Positions 52,971 to 62,997 are shown, counted from the first letter of the stretch. The stretch is DNA of 64,000 bases from Porphyridium purpureum (GCA_008690995.1 VRMN01000001.1:2294001-2358000), one strand, 5' to 3'. Notes: generated from the sequence alone by a model not told the origin. Numbers and translations: made by a program.

Positions 52971-55712
52971 ATGGCACGCGTGTCAGCCGCGTTCGTGCTT
53001 GTCCTCTTCGTTGGAGCCGCTATTGCGGCTCCGGTGCTCGAGAACAAGTCTGAGCGCTATGTGGTTCAGAGCCAGAACACTTGCTTCACCACGGACTTGG
53101 GCGTGGATATTAAGGGGTGCAGGAATATCAGGTTCTGGCAGGACGGTGACGCCGGGAAATTCGGATCGTTCTGGGACGCACTCTACGCGCAAGAGAGTCT
53201 GAAGGGAGAGTCACCTGCAGACAACGTTTTCGAGCTCAAGTGTCCCGCGGACCGCGCTGCGTACGCAGGCGGAAACTGCATGTGGAGCTCGTTCGATGAC
53301 CCGAACGCGCAGAGCATTTGCCCGGGTACATGGACAGGCCCGACTCAGTTTTCAGTACCCGAGCCAATCTACCCAGCCTCGCCGTTGGATGTGGTGAAGG
53401 CTCTGGTGGACGAGGATAAGTGGCTGATTGTGCAGGACCAGCTGCACACCATCAGATTCTCGGGGGACAGCTGGCAGAACCATAAGGGCTTTGGCCTTGT
53501 ATCCATGGTGAACCACGAATATGCACCTGCGTCAGACAAGTTTGTTGTGTTCAGCACAGGTGGTGCGGCCGAAGGTGTGCACAGCAAGCAGATGTGCACA
53601 AATGTGTACGGAGACAGCAACGGAGGCTCTAACGACGAGATGTTCAAATTGGGTGCGGATCCCGCACCGTTCCTAGAGGTGTGCCGTAATGACTACATTA
53701 CACCAGAGGCGCTGAGCACAGACTCTTGCGCTGTGTTACAGTTCTACCTGTGCGCGAATGTGGACGGTGCGTGCGACTATGCAAACCCGAACGCCGACAG
53801 GATGGTTTTGGATGATTTGAACTTTGGATTCGGTTTTGCGTCGGCCGAGTACTACACGTATGACGGGCAGGACGGTGAGAACACTTTGTTCAGTGACGTG
53901 GCTGCGATCAGCGTGGTAAGTTTGGGATTGCCGACGGAGACGGACTACCCATACGTCTCGCTGTGGGATCCTGTGGCCATGAGTATCACCGGCAATCGCG
54001 CGCAACTGCCAAATGGTCTAGGTGAGGTATCGGTGGGAAACGTGAACCTGCAATCTAATCCAGACTTTTTCCGCAGTCAGGATACGGTACCGAATGCTAT
54101 GATCGAGAGCTTTGGATGGTCTAAGTTTTTGGAGGCACCGTTCCCAGACGCGATTCTGCGCAACACAGTGTACCAGTTCACAATCGGCGTCTGCGACTGT
54201 ATTAGTGCGCTGGAAACACCTTCTTCGTTTTCTTCGGCGCTTTACATGAGGGCGGACTCGATAAGTACGTGCAGTTTTACTCCAACGGCGAAGGAGTGCC
54301 CAGTTCCCGATGTCTATGACAATAACGGAGTCGTCGACGGCGTCATTCAGCTGAGCCTGAAGGCCCTTACGTGCCCGGTCGCCCTCGAGCCGACCTTTAC
54401 AAACGATTGCTTCGGCCCTGGGCAGAGCATGACTTTGGTCAGCTCGGAAACGGACGAGCTTGGAAATTTGAACCAGGTCTTTGAGTCTCCATTCAGACCC
54501 AGTGACGAGTTCGGGCGCTGCAAGTACAGCATTTCGGGAATTGAGGATAGGTCGCCCACTGCCACAATCGAGATCACCAACATTCTTGGGAGTCCGAAGA
54601 CGACGCAGCTGAGCGCGGCCATCCCGAACGGAATTGCACCTGTGGAGTACACCTGGACCGCAACAGCTTGTGATTTGGCGAAAGTCGAGATTGTATTTGA
54701 TGGGAATGTGACTCAAGCTCCTACCGGACTCAATCCAGTGGCGCCAACCTATGTGGAGACATACCTGTCGCCTTATCCTCAGGCGGACAACGGCGTGGAG
54801 ACGACCAGTTACAGGTGGGCCGAGGAAGCTGATACTTACTTCAACAACGAGAACCAGGCGTTCAAGTACACCTTGGGAGCAACGCAATATACGGCAGTGA
54901 TCACAGCAACGGACACCTTTGGCCGCACTGCCATGGCTTATGCATACGTGTGTGTTGGTGAGTACTGGGTGAACCCGACAGGAGTTGATCTCTTCGGAGA
55001 GCCAATTCCAATCCTGTTGCCTTTCTTGATATCTTGCGGTGGGGACACAGACGTTGTTGGCTCAGTTCCTCCGTCGCCATCGCCATCGCCATCGCCATCG
55101 CCATCGCCATCGCCATCGCCATCGCCAGAGGAGTACTGCTGCCTACCAACGGACCCCGGAGCTGTGTGCCCATTGGAGACGGAGGAACCGGAAGTGACGA
55201 AGGGGGCGTGCGGGTCAGATTCAAGCAGCTGTTCGGAATCTGGCACTTCGGATTCAAGCTCGTCAGATTCGGAGCCGGGCGCGACAAAGGGTCCGTGCGG
55301 ATTGAGTTCTAGCAGCTGTCCGAGCTCGTCAGACTCCAGTTCGAGCAGTGAGGACGAGACCGAGCTGCCAACGATGCACCGCAGACGATTTGTGTCGAAC
55401 AGCCGTACGTTCAGTGGTGCTTCTGACACAAGGGATACGAGCGGATCAGAGACGAGTGCCTCTGAGAACAGTAATCCAGGTACTCATTCCGAGTCGAGCA
55501 ATTCGTCCTCGAGCGACTCGAGTGACAGCGACGTCGATGCGACCGAGTCTCCGCCTGTGCCTTGTTGTCCATGCAAATGTGCTGTGCCGCCGCCTCAGCT
55601 TCCAACGTGCAGCGATGGTGGAAAGAGCGGGTCAATCTCGGGTTCATCTTCTGATTCCAACTCTGCCTCAAGCTCTGACTCTACTTCAGGGTCTGACTCT
55701 GAAAGTCATTAA
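52971..55712 (+). CDS. Secreted glycoprotein paralog 2: choice-of-anchor L-like domain, (SP)9 rod and Ser/Asp-rich tail
   Basis: Signal peptide; collinear and highly similar to 48354-51341 over about 690 aa; same EEYCC.P..GAVCP and CCPC.C.VPPP.LPTC motifs. Confidence 0.85.
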   Translation: MARVSAAFVLVLFVGAAIAAPVLENKSERYVVQSQNTCFTTDLGVDIKGCRNIRFWQDGDAGKFGSFWDALYAQESLKGESPADNVFELKCPADRAAYAGGNCMWSSFDDPNAQSICPGTWTGPTQFSVPEPIYPASPLDVVKALVDEDKWLIVQDQLHTIRFSGDSWQNHKGFGLVSMVNHEYAPASDKFVVFSTGGAAEGVHSKQMCTNVYGDSNGGSNDEMFKLGADPAPFLEVCRNDYITPEALSTDSCAVLQFYLCANVDGACDYANPNADRMVLDDLNFGFGFASAEYYTYDGQDGENTLFSDVAAISVVSLGLPTETDYPYVSLWDPVAMSITGNRAQLPNGLGEVSVGNVNLQSNPDFFRSQDTVPNAMIESFGWSKFLEAPFPDAILRNTVYQFTIGVCDCISALETPSSFSSALYMRADSISTCSFTPTAKECPVPDVYDNNGVVDGVIQLSLKALTCPVALEPTFTNDCFGPGQSMTLVSSETDELGNLNQVFESPFRPSDEFGRCKYSISGIEDRSPTATIEITNILGSPKTTQLSAAIPNGIAPVEYTWTATACDLAKVEIVFDGNVTQAPTGLNPVAPTYVETYLSPYPQADNGVETTSYRWAEEADTYFNNENQAFKYTLGATQYTAVITATDTFGRTAMAYAYVCVGEYWVNPTGVDLFGEPIPILLPFLISCGGDTDVVGSVPPSPSPSPSPSPSPSPSPSPEEYCCLPTDPGAVCPLETEEPEVTKGACGSDSSSCSESGTSDSSSSDSEPGATKGPCGLSSSSCPSSSDSSSSSEDETELPTMHRRRFVSNSRTFSGASDTRDTSGSETSASENSNPGTHSESSNSSSSDSSDSDVDATESPPVPCCPCKCAVPPPQLPTCSDGGKSGSISGSSSDSNSASSSDSTSGSDSESH
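55074..55127 (+). repeat. (TCGCCA)9 coding repeat encoding (Ser-Pro)9
   Basis: Read directly from the sequence. Confidence 0.95.
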
Positions 55713-55929
55713 ACTTGGCCGCGAAGTGTTGAGTAATTTAATCGACATACCGCTCATCTAATTTGATGGCTTCCTTTACGGCAAGTCTTCGAGGGCACCC
55801 CGAAATAAGTAAACACTGCGCAATCTTTCCGACAGGCTTTGCGTTCTTCATAATTCAAGCCACCTTTCGGTTCCCGTGGGAAGTTCGCGTGAAATAGACG
55901 AGCCAGATTCAGCAAGGGGTAAAGACTAC

Positions 55930-56565
55930 ATGTCGTCTGGCCTGTTTGTTGAGGACTCACCTTCACGAATGGCGAACCATCTTTACTCCTCAGATATAAT
56001 CGCACGTGCCGCGCCCGTTTTTAACGCGCTCGTCAGTGACTTCGAAGCAGGCAGCGACGCCTGCCGCATGGCGGAGCATGACGATTGGTTCCGTCGATAC
56101 CAGACCATCGACCAGTACTTGAACTGGGCGTATAGAGACCGCGTGCTTCATCGGCTTGATAAATTCGCCCATGGCCGTACAGAAGGCCAGATGCACGCAT
56201 GCTCGCGCGTGCACGAAGTGGCGATTGGAAGGGAAACAGAGCCCCGGAGCTCTCACGCGGCGTCTTCTACACAAAGTATAAACCCGCACGAAGCGCCATC
56301 CACCCGCGTCGACGTTGGCGGCGCGATTCTGCAGAAATTTTACTGCAGCTTATGCCAGGTGCAATGCAGTAGTGTGTCGAGCCTTCAGGCACATCAACTC
56401 GGCGCAGCGCACGTCAGTCGACTAACTCATTCTTCGTCAGGCACGGGTCACGGCTGGTGCGAGGTTTGTGGCGTAACGGTCCCAGGAGGCGAGCAAGGGC
56501 GCGCGCACTTCACCGGCAAGAAGCATTTGAAGAAGGCACGTGAGGAAGCCTTGGAAACCATATGA
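55930..56565 (+). CDS. Protein with two U1/matrin-type C2H2 zinc fingers (likely RNA-binding)
   Basis: FYCSLCQVQCSS...LQAHQLGAAH and WCEVCGV...AHFTGKKH. Confidence 0.8.
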   Translation: MSSGLFVEDSPSRMANHLYSSDIIARAAPVFNALVSDFEAGSDACRMAEHDDWFRRYQTIDQYLNWAYRDRVLHRLDKFAHGRTEGQMHACSRVHEVAIGRETEPRSSHAASSTQSINPHEAPSTRVDVGGAILQKFYCSLCQVQCSSVSSLQAHQLGAAHVSRLTHSSSGTGHGWCEVCGVTVPGGEQGRAHFTGKKHLKKAREEALETI

Positions 56566-57098
56566 CAGGCAGCTCCATGTATATGTGGTTTGTCATATGT
56601 GCGTCTTTTCTGACGGTGTGATATTACGCCAGCATCTTGTACTTTCTCGTAACATGGATGCATTCAAGCGCGAACCAGTCGCGAGTTGATTCAAGCTGGA
56701 TGTATCGACTGTACTTTCCCTGTGCGTGGCTTTGCCCGGCAATGTTGCCATGTGTGTAGTGTCTTGGCAAATGGTACGCGAAGAGCGCCTCTGTGCTCTA
56801 ATTGATACTGCGAACGCTTTTGTCCTCCACCCGGCTAGGACATGGAAGACGGCGTGTGCTGGCTACCTTCCGCTGGAGACAAAGATGGCTACGACACAAT
56901 TTGGAGAAAACGGGGTTGGAGGCAAGTTGGTTAACGTAATGGCAACTGTGTTCCGGATGGAAGTGGCATCAAACATTCATGTTCAGAAAAAGAGTCTCCT
57001 GGGCCTTTGTCTCCTCATTTCTTTTTCGAGTTGCTAATCAGCTCCTGCACACTGCTGCCAATGCGCAAACAGCGGGCATTCGGAAGCGATTGCTTGAG

Positions 57099-58220
57099 CT
57101 AAAACAGAGCGGCCCACTCGTCCTTGGCGCTCTCCTTGCTTGCCATTGTGGTCGGAGCAAATTCGGGGAGCCCGCACTGGTTCAGCAGCTTGCCTGTGAA
57201 CATGTTCAGGTAAAAGCGCTCCGACTGGCTGGAATGTTTGCCCAAATAGAAGATTGCGTGCTTGTCTCCAACCACCGCGCACATGATCGCCTCCTCATCA
57301 GTGAGTCCAGAGTCAAGAGCGCCCTCCTCGACTTCTTGCACCAAGCTGCAGACCATTTCACCGTTCTCATCTGAAATCTTGTAGAGGCGTCGACTCGCAC
57401 CTTCCTCTACCTCTTCTGCCACCGGCGCCGACGGCAGCTCGTTCAAGTCTGGCTTGTCACACCCCATCTTCTCCCAAAAATCATCTCGGTCCATGATCTC
57501 CTCACCATCAATGTTGTGCTCCTCTGGCTCATGGTTGCGCAGCGCCGAGATGCGCTCCAGCACACCGCAGCCGGCCATGCGCTCAAATGCGCCACAACCA
57601 ACCGAGTTCCATTGGAAAAGCGTCATGCCGCAGTCAAGAATAAACACATCGCTGCGGTTCAGCGACTCGAGGGCAAGTGGCTCCTGGTTGACCTTGACGT
57701 CAGTGCCCTTGCCCGTCACGTGGAAGAGCTTTGTTTCGTACGTCTCTGGTTCTGGACTCGTGAAGCCACTGGCCACACCGCCATCCACAAGCATGTATTT
57801 GTCAAAGAAAGACATGAACTTGGCGCTCTCACTACCCATAACCTCGCGATACTGGACGGGCTTTGTGCCAAGCTTATCATCGAGATTCACGCAAAAGTAT
57901 GCCACGGAACCCTGCTCGTCCTGCGTGGAGTCGGCTCCAATCCAGTAGTGCAAATCCCACAGCAGCGCGTCGGATCCGTCCTTCTGGTAGGTGTTGAGCA
58001 CGATGTAGCAATCGCCTTTGTAAAAAATGCCAAACTCCTTCTCGTCGCGCACCTTGACAGGCTCAAACTTCTCGATCCGCCAGATCTCCAGCCCGGGCTC
58101 AGACCCCGCGCCATCGAACTCTGGCTCGGCGTCGGCAGCCGCCTGCCGCAGCTGCTTGTCCATGTCCGACCCGATTCCCGCGAGGTTCGAGTCCTCCAGC
58201 TTCACGTCCTCCTCCGCCAT
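57099..58220 (-). CDS. Gelsolin/severin-family actin-severing protein (three domains)
   Basis: GLEIWRIEKF, FYKGDCYIVL, LHYWIG..STQDE, VQYREV.G.ES..F, GGVASGF and SLNRSDVFILD. Confidence 0.95.
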   Translation of the reverse strand: MAEEDVKLEDSNLAGIGSDMDKQLRQAAADAEPEFDGAGSEPGLEIWRIEKFEPVKVRDEKEFGIFYKGDCYIVLNTYQKDGSDALLWDLHYWIGADSTQDEQGSVAYFCVNLDDKLGTKPVQYREVMGSESAKFMSFFDKYMLVDGGVASGFTSPEPETYETKLFHVTGKGTDVKVNQEPLALESLNRSDVFILDCGMTLFQWNSVGCGAFERMAGCGVLERISALRNHEPEEHNIDGEEIMDRDDFWEKMGCDKPDLNELPSAPVAEEVEEGASRRLYKISDENGEMVCSLVQEVEEGALDSGLTDEEAIMCAVVGDKHAIFYLGKHSSQSERFYLNMFTGKLLNQCGLPEFAPTTMASKESAKDEWAALF

Positions 58221-59620
58221 GGTTGCGACACGTGTATCCTTTCTGAAATCCTCCCGATGCTCCCACAGTGCTGCCGACCCAACCTCTCCTCGATCGCTCT
58301 CCCCGCTGCCCAGCACTTTGCCCGTTCTTCTCCACCTGTGTCAGTCACCAGATATTCGATTTGGGATCTCTGTGGTAGAACCGGCTCGTTTGAGCAGGAA
58401 ACTCTGCTGAACGTTCCGTTGCGTGCGAGAATCCTTTACTGGATCTGTTGGAAAGTGGGTCATCCGTAATGCGCAATGCTCGCAGGTCTGCGTCCCAAAC
58501 TTGCGCAGTGGCGTATCACGCCAAGAAAGTGTCATGCGATCTGGCCATGCGCGCGGACACTCGTCTCGAGACATTCAGCATACTTTTGAGCACCAAGTTG
58601 CAGGCGGACAAAACATGGAGAAATCACCTACCAAAGATGGAAAGAAAGGACACGCGCGCGTGACTGGCGCCAGGACACCGCTTCTTGAGCGCAATCCTGA
58701 AAAGTGCTCCAAGAACTCGCTCACGGTCCTCTCTTCTGGTTCTTCTGCTTTTTCCCCTTAAGAGTCCACGGACAGCGCTAAACAAATACATCGGCTCTTC
58801 TGCACGTCAGATAATGCTTGCGATAGCCCTCCACACATGCCATGTCCTAATCCGAAGAAGGCATGTTCCTCACTGCTGCTTCGTTTAGCTCATCGTGAAC
58901 CACATGCTCCTGGACTTCTGCTATGATTTGTATGTATACGCGGGCTGTTGTTTGCGCCTATGAACAATTAGCATCCCACAACCGCTCCTCCCTATGGATT
59001 CGAACTCATGGCTGGTAAACGATCCGCAAGCCCGCACATTCGTCTCCAGTGTCTTGCTCCTGCGTCATACTTCTGTTGCGTCAAAGAGCACGGCAAACGC
59101 AAGCTCGCGCAAGGTTGTACAAGCCGGGCACTTCGTGACCACTCTCCAACATGCCACAGCTATTGCGCACTTGCTGATACGCTCCAAATGCGAGCCGCAT
59201 CACCGAACACTTCGACAACAAGGACTTGCAGGTCGTGTTGCATGAGCAGCTCGGCGAGAAGCGTTGATCCAAAGCTTCCAGCGGTCATGAGCGTCGTAAT
59301 TGCGCAGACTTCACGCACACGCACGCACAATGGCGCCCATTTCCATCAACCGGCGCTCGGTCAGCTAGTGGCGCATGCACGCAGCGCAGACCAGGGGCGT
59401 CACATTCGCCACGCCAAGCGCACTCACCGCAACCTCTTTTCCTCAGAAATTACTGCATCATCCCGTTTCTTCCCCAGTGTCGCAAACGGACACGGACACC
59501 CGTTGTCACATGCACCATGTGAAGCACTCGCCATCTCTCCCCATCCACCAGAGCACAGTCCGTTCCCGTCCCCACCATCAGCCTCCGTCCATCCCCCGCC
59601 TTCTCTCCCCCTGGTTCATT

Positions 59621-59718
59621 CGCAGTACCCCGCAGTACCCCGCAGTACCCAGCAGTACACAGCAGTACACAGCAGTACACAGCAGTACACAGCAGTACAC
59701 AGCAGTACACAGCAGTAC
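59621..59718. repeat. 10-bp tandem repeat: 3 x cgcagtaccc, 6 x agcagtacac and a partial unit
   Basis: Read directly from the sequence. Confidence 0.95.
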
Positions 59719-59875
59719 CTACCGACTGTACTTGAGCTTTCCGCGTGACCATCGAGACGGCGGGTGGCATTTGAAAGGCGCGGGATCGAGGTCATGCGTT
59801 GGCGGTTATGAAGAGAAGCGCGGCATTTGGGATTGAAGAGTCGACTTTGGCGGCCGCGCTGAAGGGTGTGCGGAG

Positions 59876-61651
59876 ATGGCGGGTGGCAAGCCAGAGATAC
59901 GGCGCGTGTCTCGCACAGCGCTCGCCCGGCGGCGGGAGCCGCGGGACGCGCGGTGTGCGCAGCACGGAGCTGCGTGGAGGTTGCTGCCGCAGCCGCCGCT
60001 GGCCGTCGTGCTGCCGTTTTCGATCCCCGGATGGAGCGCTGGTCGCGAGGCAGGGAGGGACTCAGCGTCGCAGAAGACATTGCTGCAGCGGCTCCGACGG
60101 CCCAGCCACCAGGCCCGCCAGCAGCAGCCAGATTTGACCGAGCTCGAGATTTTGCACACCTTCAACGAATTGGACACGCGCGGTGACAATGTGCTGGACG
60201 ACGATGAGATCCGGGTCGCGCTGAAACGGCTGAATCTCCCCTGCTCGGACGATTACCTGCGCGACCTGTTTGATGACGCCGACTGGGAATGGGGACCGTC
60301 CAAGCGCGTCAGCAGGGACGAATTTGTCGGGTTCGTCAAGTCGAAAGAGTCTGCCATGCGCCGCGCGTTCAATAAGATTGATAAGAAAGGAGATGGGCAT
60401 ATATGCGCTGAGGAGGCGGCAGATTTTCTGCGCGCTATCGGAATTCGAGCCAACCTGGAGGACGGGCAGCAAATGGTAGAACATTTGGATACACAGGGGA
60501 ATCGCAAGGTCACGTACGAAGAATTCCGCGCGTTCGCCGTGCTACTACCGCGTGCACAACTGCGCCACAATGTGGGCTGGGCCTGGGTTGAGAGTGCGAC
60601 TGACGACGTGCGTCTATATTGTCCCATGAGCGACCCTCTCAAGCAATTTCTCGCTGGAGGCCTGGCCGGCGCGCTCAGCCGCACATGCATCGCGCCCGCG
60701 GACCGCGCCATGAGCATCATCATGAGCGGCGCGTCCGGAAGCACAACCAACCCAATTACCGTGCTCCGGCAGGTTGTACTTGATGAAGGCTTCGGCGGGC
60801 TGTGGCGCGGAAACTGGGCCAGTGTTGTGAAAAAGTTTCCACAAAAGGCAATTGAGTTTGGCGTGTACGACGCGCTCATGCGGCTCGTTTCCGCGATGGA
60901 TAAGAAGAAGATCATGAAGAATAGTAAGCTTGACAAGCAGCGCGGCGGGGATTCTTCTGGGAGCAACAGAATGCTCACCAGTCTTATTGTCGGTGCGGCC
61001 GCTGGCGCAGCAGGCCAGACGCTCTTGCACGTTTTGGACGTCGTCAAGACGCAGCAGAACGTGGGTCAGTCAGGTAGCTTTGGTCAAGTGCTGCTTAATC
61101 TTGTCCGGACCGAGGGAATTCGAGGGATGTACCGCGGCTATTTACCTTCTCTCATCGAGACGCTCGCTGGCACGGGCATCGGGTTTTGCTTGTATGACAG
61201 CGCCAAATTGGCGTGGAAAAAATGGAAACATCGCCAGCCCACAAGTGTTGAGCTCGCAATCCTGGGCGGTCTCACAAGTGCTGCGACGCTTACGGTGTGT
61301 ATGCCATTGAATGTGGTCACAAAGCGCATGGTTGCGCAAGGCATGAAGGGCGTTCCCAAATACAGCAGTATAGCGGACTGTGTTTTGTCCACGTTGCGGA
61401 CGGAAGGCATCAAGGGGTTCTTTCGTGGACTCTTGGTTAGCTACGTCAAGATTGTGCCGTCCATTGCGCTGACGTACAGTCTATACGAGGCAGTTCGCTC
61501 CAATTGGGGCGTCGGTGGAATACGCAAGTACCGCAGAAATGCAGCGACCGCAGCAGCAGCGACGGCAGGGTCCGTGGTACGCGGTAATGGATTTATGCAG
61601 AACTGCAGTTTGCCGCAAAGGAAAAGAGCCAGATGTATTGTCGCGTTCTGA
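59876..61651 (+). CDS. Ca2+-binding mitochondrial carrier (SCaMC/APC-type ATP-Mg/Pi carrier family)
   Basis: EF-hands DTRGDNVLDDDE, DKKGDGHICAEE and DTQGNRKVTYEE; three carrier repeats (AGGLAGALSRT, EGFGGLWRGN, EGIRGMYRG, EGIKGFFRG). Confidence 0.92.
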   Translation: MAGGKPEIRRVSRTALARRREPRDARCAQHGAAWRLLPQPPLAVVLPFSIPGWSAGREAGRDSASQKTLLQRLRRPSHQARQQQPDLTELEILHTFNELDTRGDNVLDDDEIRVALKRLNLPCSDDYLRDLFDDADWEWGPSKRVSRDEFVGFVKSKESAMRRAFNKIDKKGDGHICAEEAADFLRAIGIRANLEDGQQMVEHLDTQGNRKVTYEEFRAFAVLLPRAQLRHNVGWAWVESATDDVRLYCPMSDPLKQFLAGGLAGALSRTCIAPADRAMSIIMSGASGSTTNPITVLRQVVLDEGFGGLWRGNWASVVKKFPQKAIEFGVYDALMRLVSAMDKKKIMKNSKLDKQRGGDSSGSNRMLTSLIVGAAAGAAGQTLLHVLDVVKTQQNVGQSGSFGQVLLNLVRTEGIRGMYRGYLPSLIETLAGTGIGFCLYDSAKLAWKKWKHRQPTSVELAILGGLTSAATLTVCMPLNVVTKRMVAQGMKGVPKYSSIADCVLSTLRTEGIKGFFRGLLVSYVKIVPSIALTYSLYEAVRSNWGVGGIRKYRRNAATAAAATAGSVVRGNGFMQNCSLPQRKRARCIVAF

Positions 61652-61731
61652 AGGGCCACCTTTCGCGTCGAGGACGTGAATGGGATGTGGAGAGGAACGA
61701 GATGATACTCTTTGAGTACGAACATGGTGAG

Positions 61732-62997
61732 CTATGCTTTTGATAAAGGTGTAAGATCAATTTCCGCTAAAGTCGGCGTGCTAAGCTTGTAGTCATTCGC
61801 ACAGGCAACCGTGTCTTCAACAAGGCCCTTCAGCCGCAAACGGCTCACTAGAGACATTTCTTTGTGTACATAGTCGCTAATGAAGTCGGACAAAGCGCTT
61901 TCGGCGTCCAGCCACAACTTGTTGAGCCGGGCGCGCGGCGTAATGGCCAGTTCTAGCTGTTCGCGGAGCGCTGTATCAATCACCAGTAACCCTAGCACCG
62001 ATGCCACAAGGGTGACAATCACGTCATAGTCTGACAACGTCGATGATCGCGCGTCCTGATAAGCGATGGAGCCCGCGGTTCGTCCTGCGCGATGGCTTTG
62101 TGCATCCATGAGCGCACGACTCACCAAAAACTGCATCATGTTTCCGTACGCATTCTCAAGCTTCTTCGTTCGTCCCAGATCCGCATACAACATGGCACAT
62201 TGCACCACATTACGCACATCCAGTTGCAACAACGCGACATTACCACTCTGTCCACCGGACGTATCCCCTAGATGTTCATCCGCGAGCTCGGAGTCCTCGA
62301 GAATGGCCGGCAGCCATGGGCCCCTACTGCTGTTAGCACTTTTGATCTGCGCGATGGCGTACCGCCCAATGTCGGTGCGGACTGCTATGACGTGGCTCAC
62401 CCATTTGTCAAACATGGCGTCGCACTTTTGCTCAACGAGCGCTTCGATGACGGCCGGGTCTGGAATGAACGCGGCAGTCTCTGCGTCGAGCTCTGTGATG
62501 GAGAACACGCCGAGCTCTTCGTGCAATTGCACGCGCAACGCATGCACGCTCTTCAGCGCCATATGGAGTCTGAGCTCCTTTACGTATTCCCGCGCCTCTC
62601 CGTAGATGCGCATCATGCGCTTGAGCACCTGGATGAGCCGGACCACTTTGACAATGTTTGCTGAGATTTGCATTTGCGCTTGCAGCTCGTCCTGCTTTGC
62701 TGACACGCTGAGCGCGAGCTGCTCGGCTTGCGCCGACGCGGTCAGCAAGCGGTCCTCCATGTCGTGTATATCCTGCCGCGCCCTCAGCAGCTTGCCCACC
62801 TCGTGCTCGACCTTTCTGCTGTTGCGCTTAACTGTGCGGACCATCTGCTGTGCCTCGGCCGAGATCTTGGCGTCCAGCAAGTCACGCACGGCGTCTGCCT
62901 CGTCATTCTGGTACACTGCGCGAGCCGCCGCCAACACCATCTGGTCCTCGGGCTCTTGCTGCGACGGCAGCCACGACATGCCCGTCGTTCCCGCCAT
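61732..62997 (-). CDS. SEC15: Exocyst subunit Sec15/EXOC6-like, N-terminal half only
   Basis: ARAVY..coiled coil..NI...IQVL..MRIY..ARE..ALKSV..L..WV..V..IGRYA and D...V.QC..LY..LG..L..Y patterns, recognised by eye. Confidence 0.65.
   Translation of the reverse strand: MAGTTGMSWLPSQQEPEDQMVLAAARAVYQNDEADAVRDLLDAKISAEAQQMVRTVKRNSRKVEHEVGKLLRARQDIHDMEDRLLTASAQAEQLALSVSAKQDELQAQMQISANIVKVVRLIQVLKRMMRIYGEAREYVKELRLHMALKSVHALRVQLHEELGVFSITELDAETAAFIPDPAVIEALVEQKCDAMFDKWVSHVIAVRTDIGRYAIAQIKSANSSRGPWLPAILEDSELADEHLGDTSGGQSGNVALLQLDVRNVVQCAMLYADLGRTKKLENAYGNMMQFLVSRALMDAQSHRAGRTAGSIAYQDARSSTLSDYDVIVTLVASVLGLLVIDTALREQLELAITPRARLNKLWLDAESALSDFISDYVHKEMSLVSRLRLKGLVEDTVACANDYKLSTPTLAEIDLTPLSKA

Noticed and set aside
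58988..59010. GGATTCGAAC (reverse complement of a tRNA T-loop/B-box)
   Set aside because: The T-stem pairs poorly and no cloverleaf or acceptor stem could be built.
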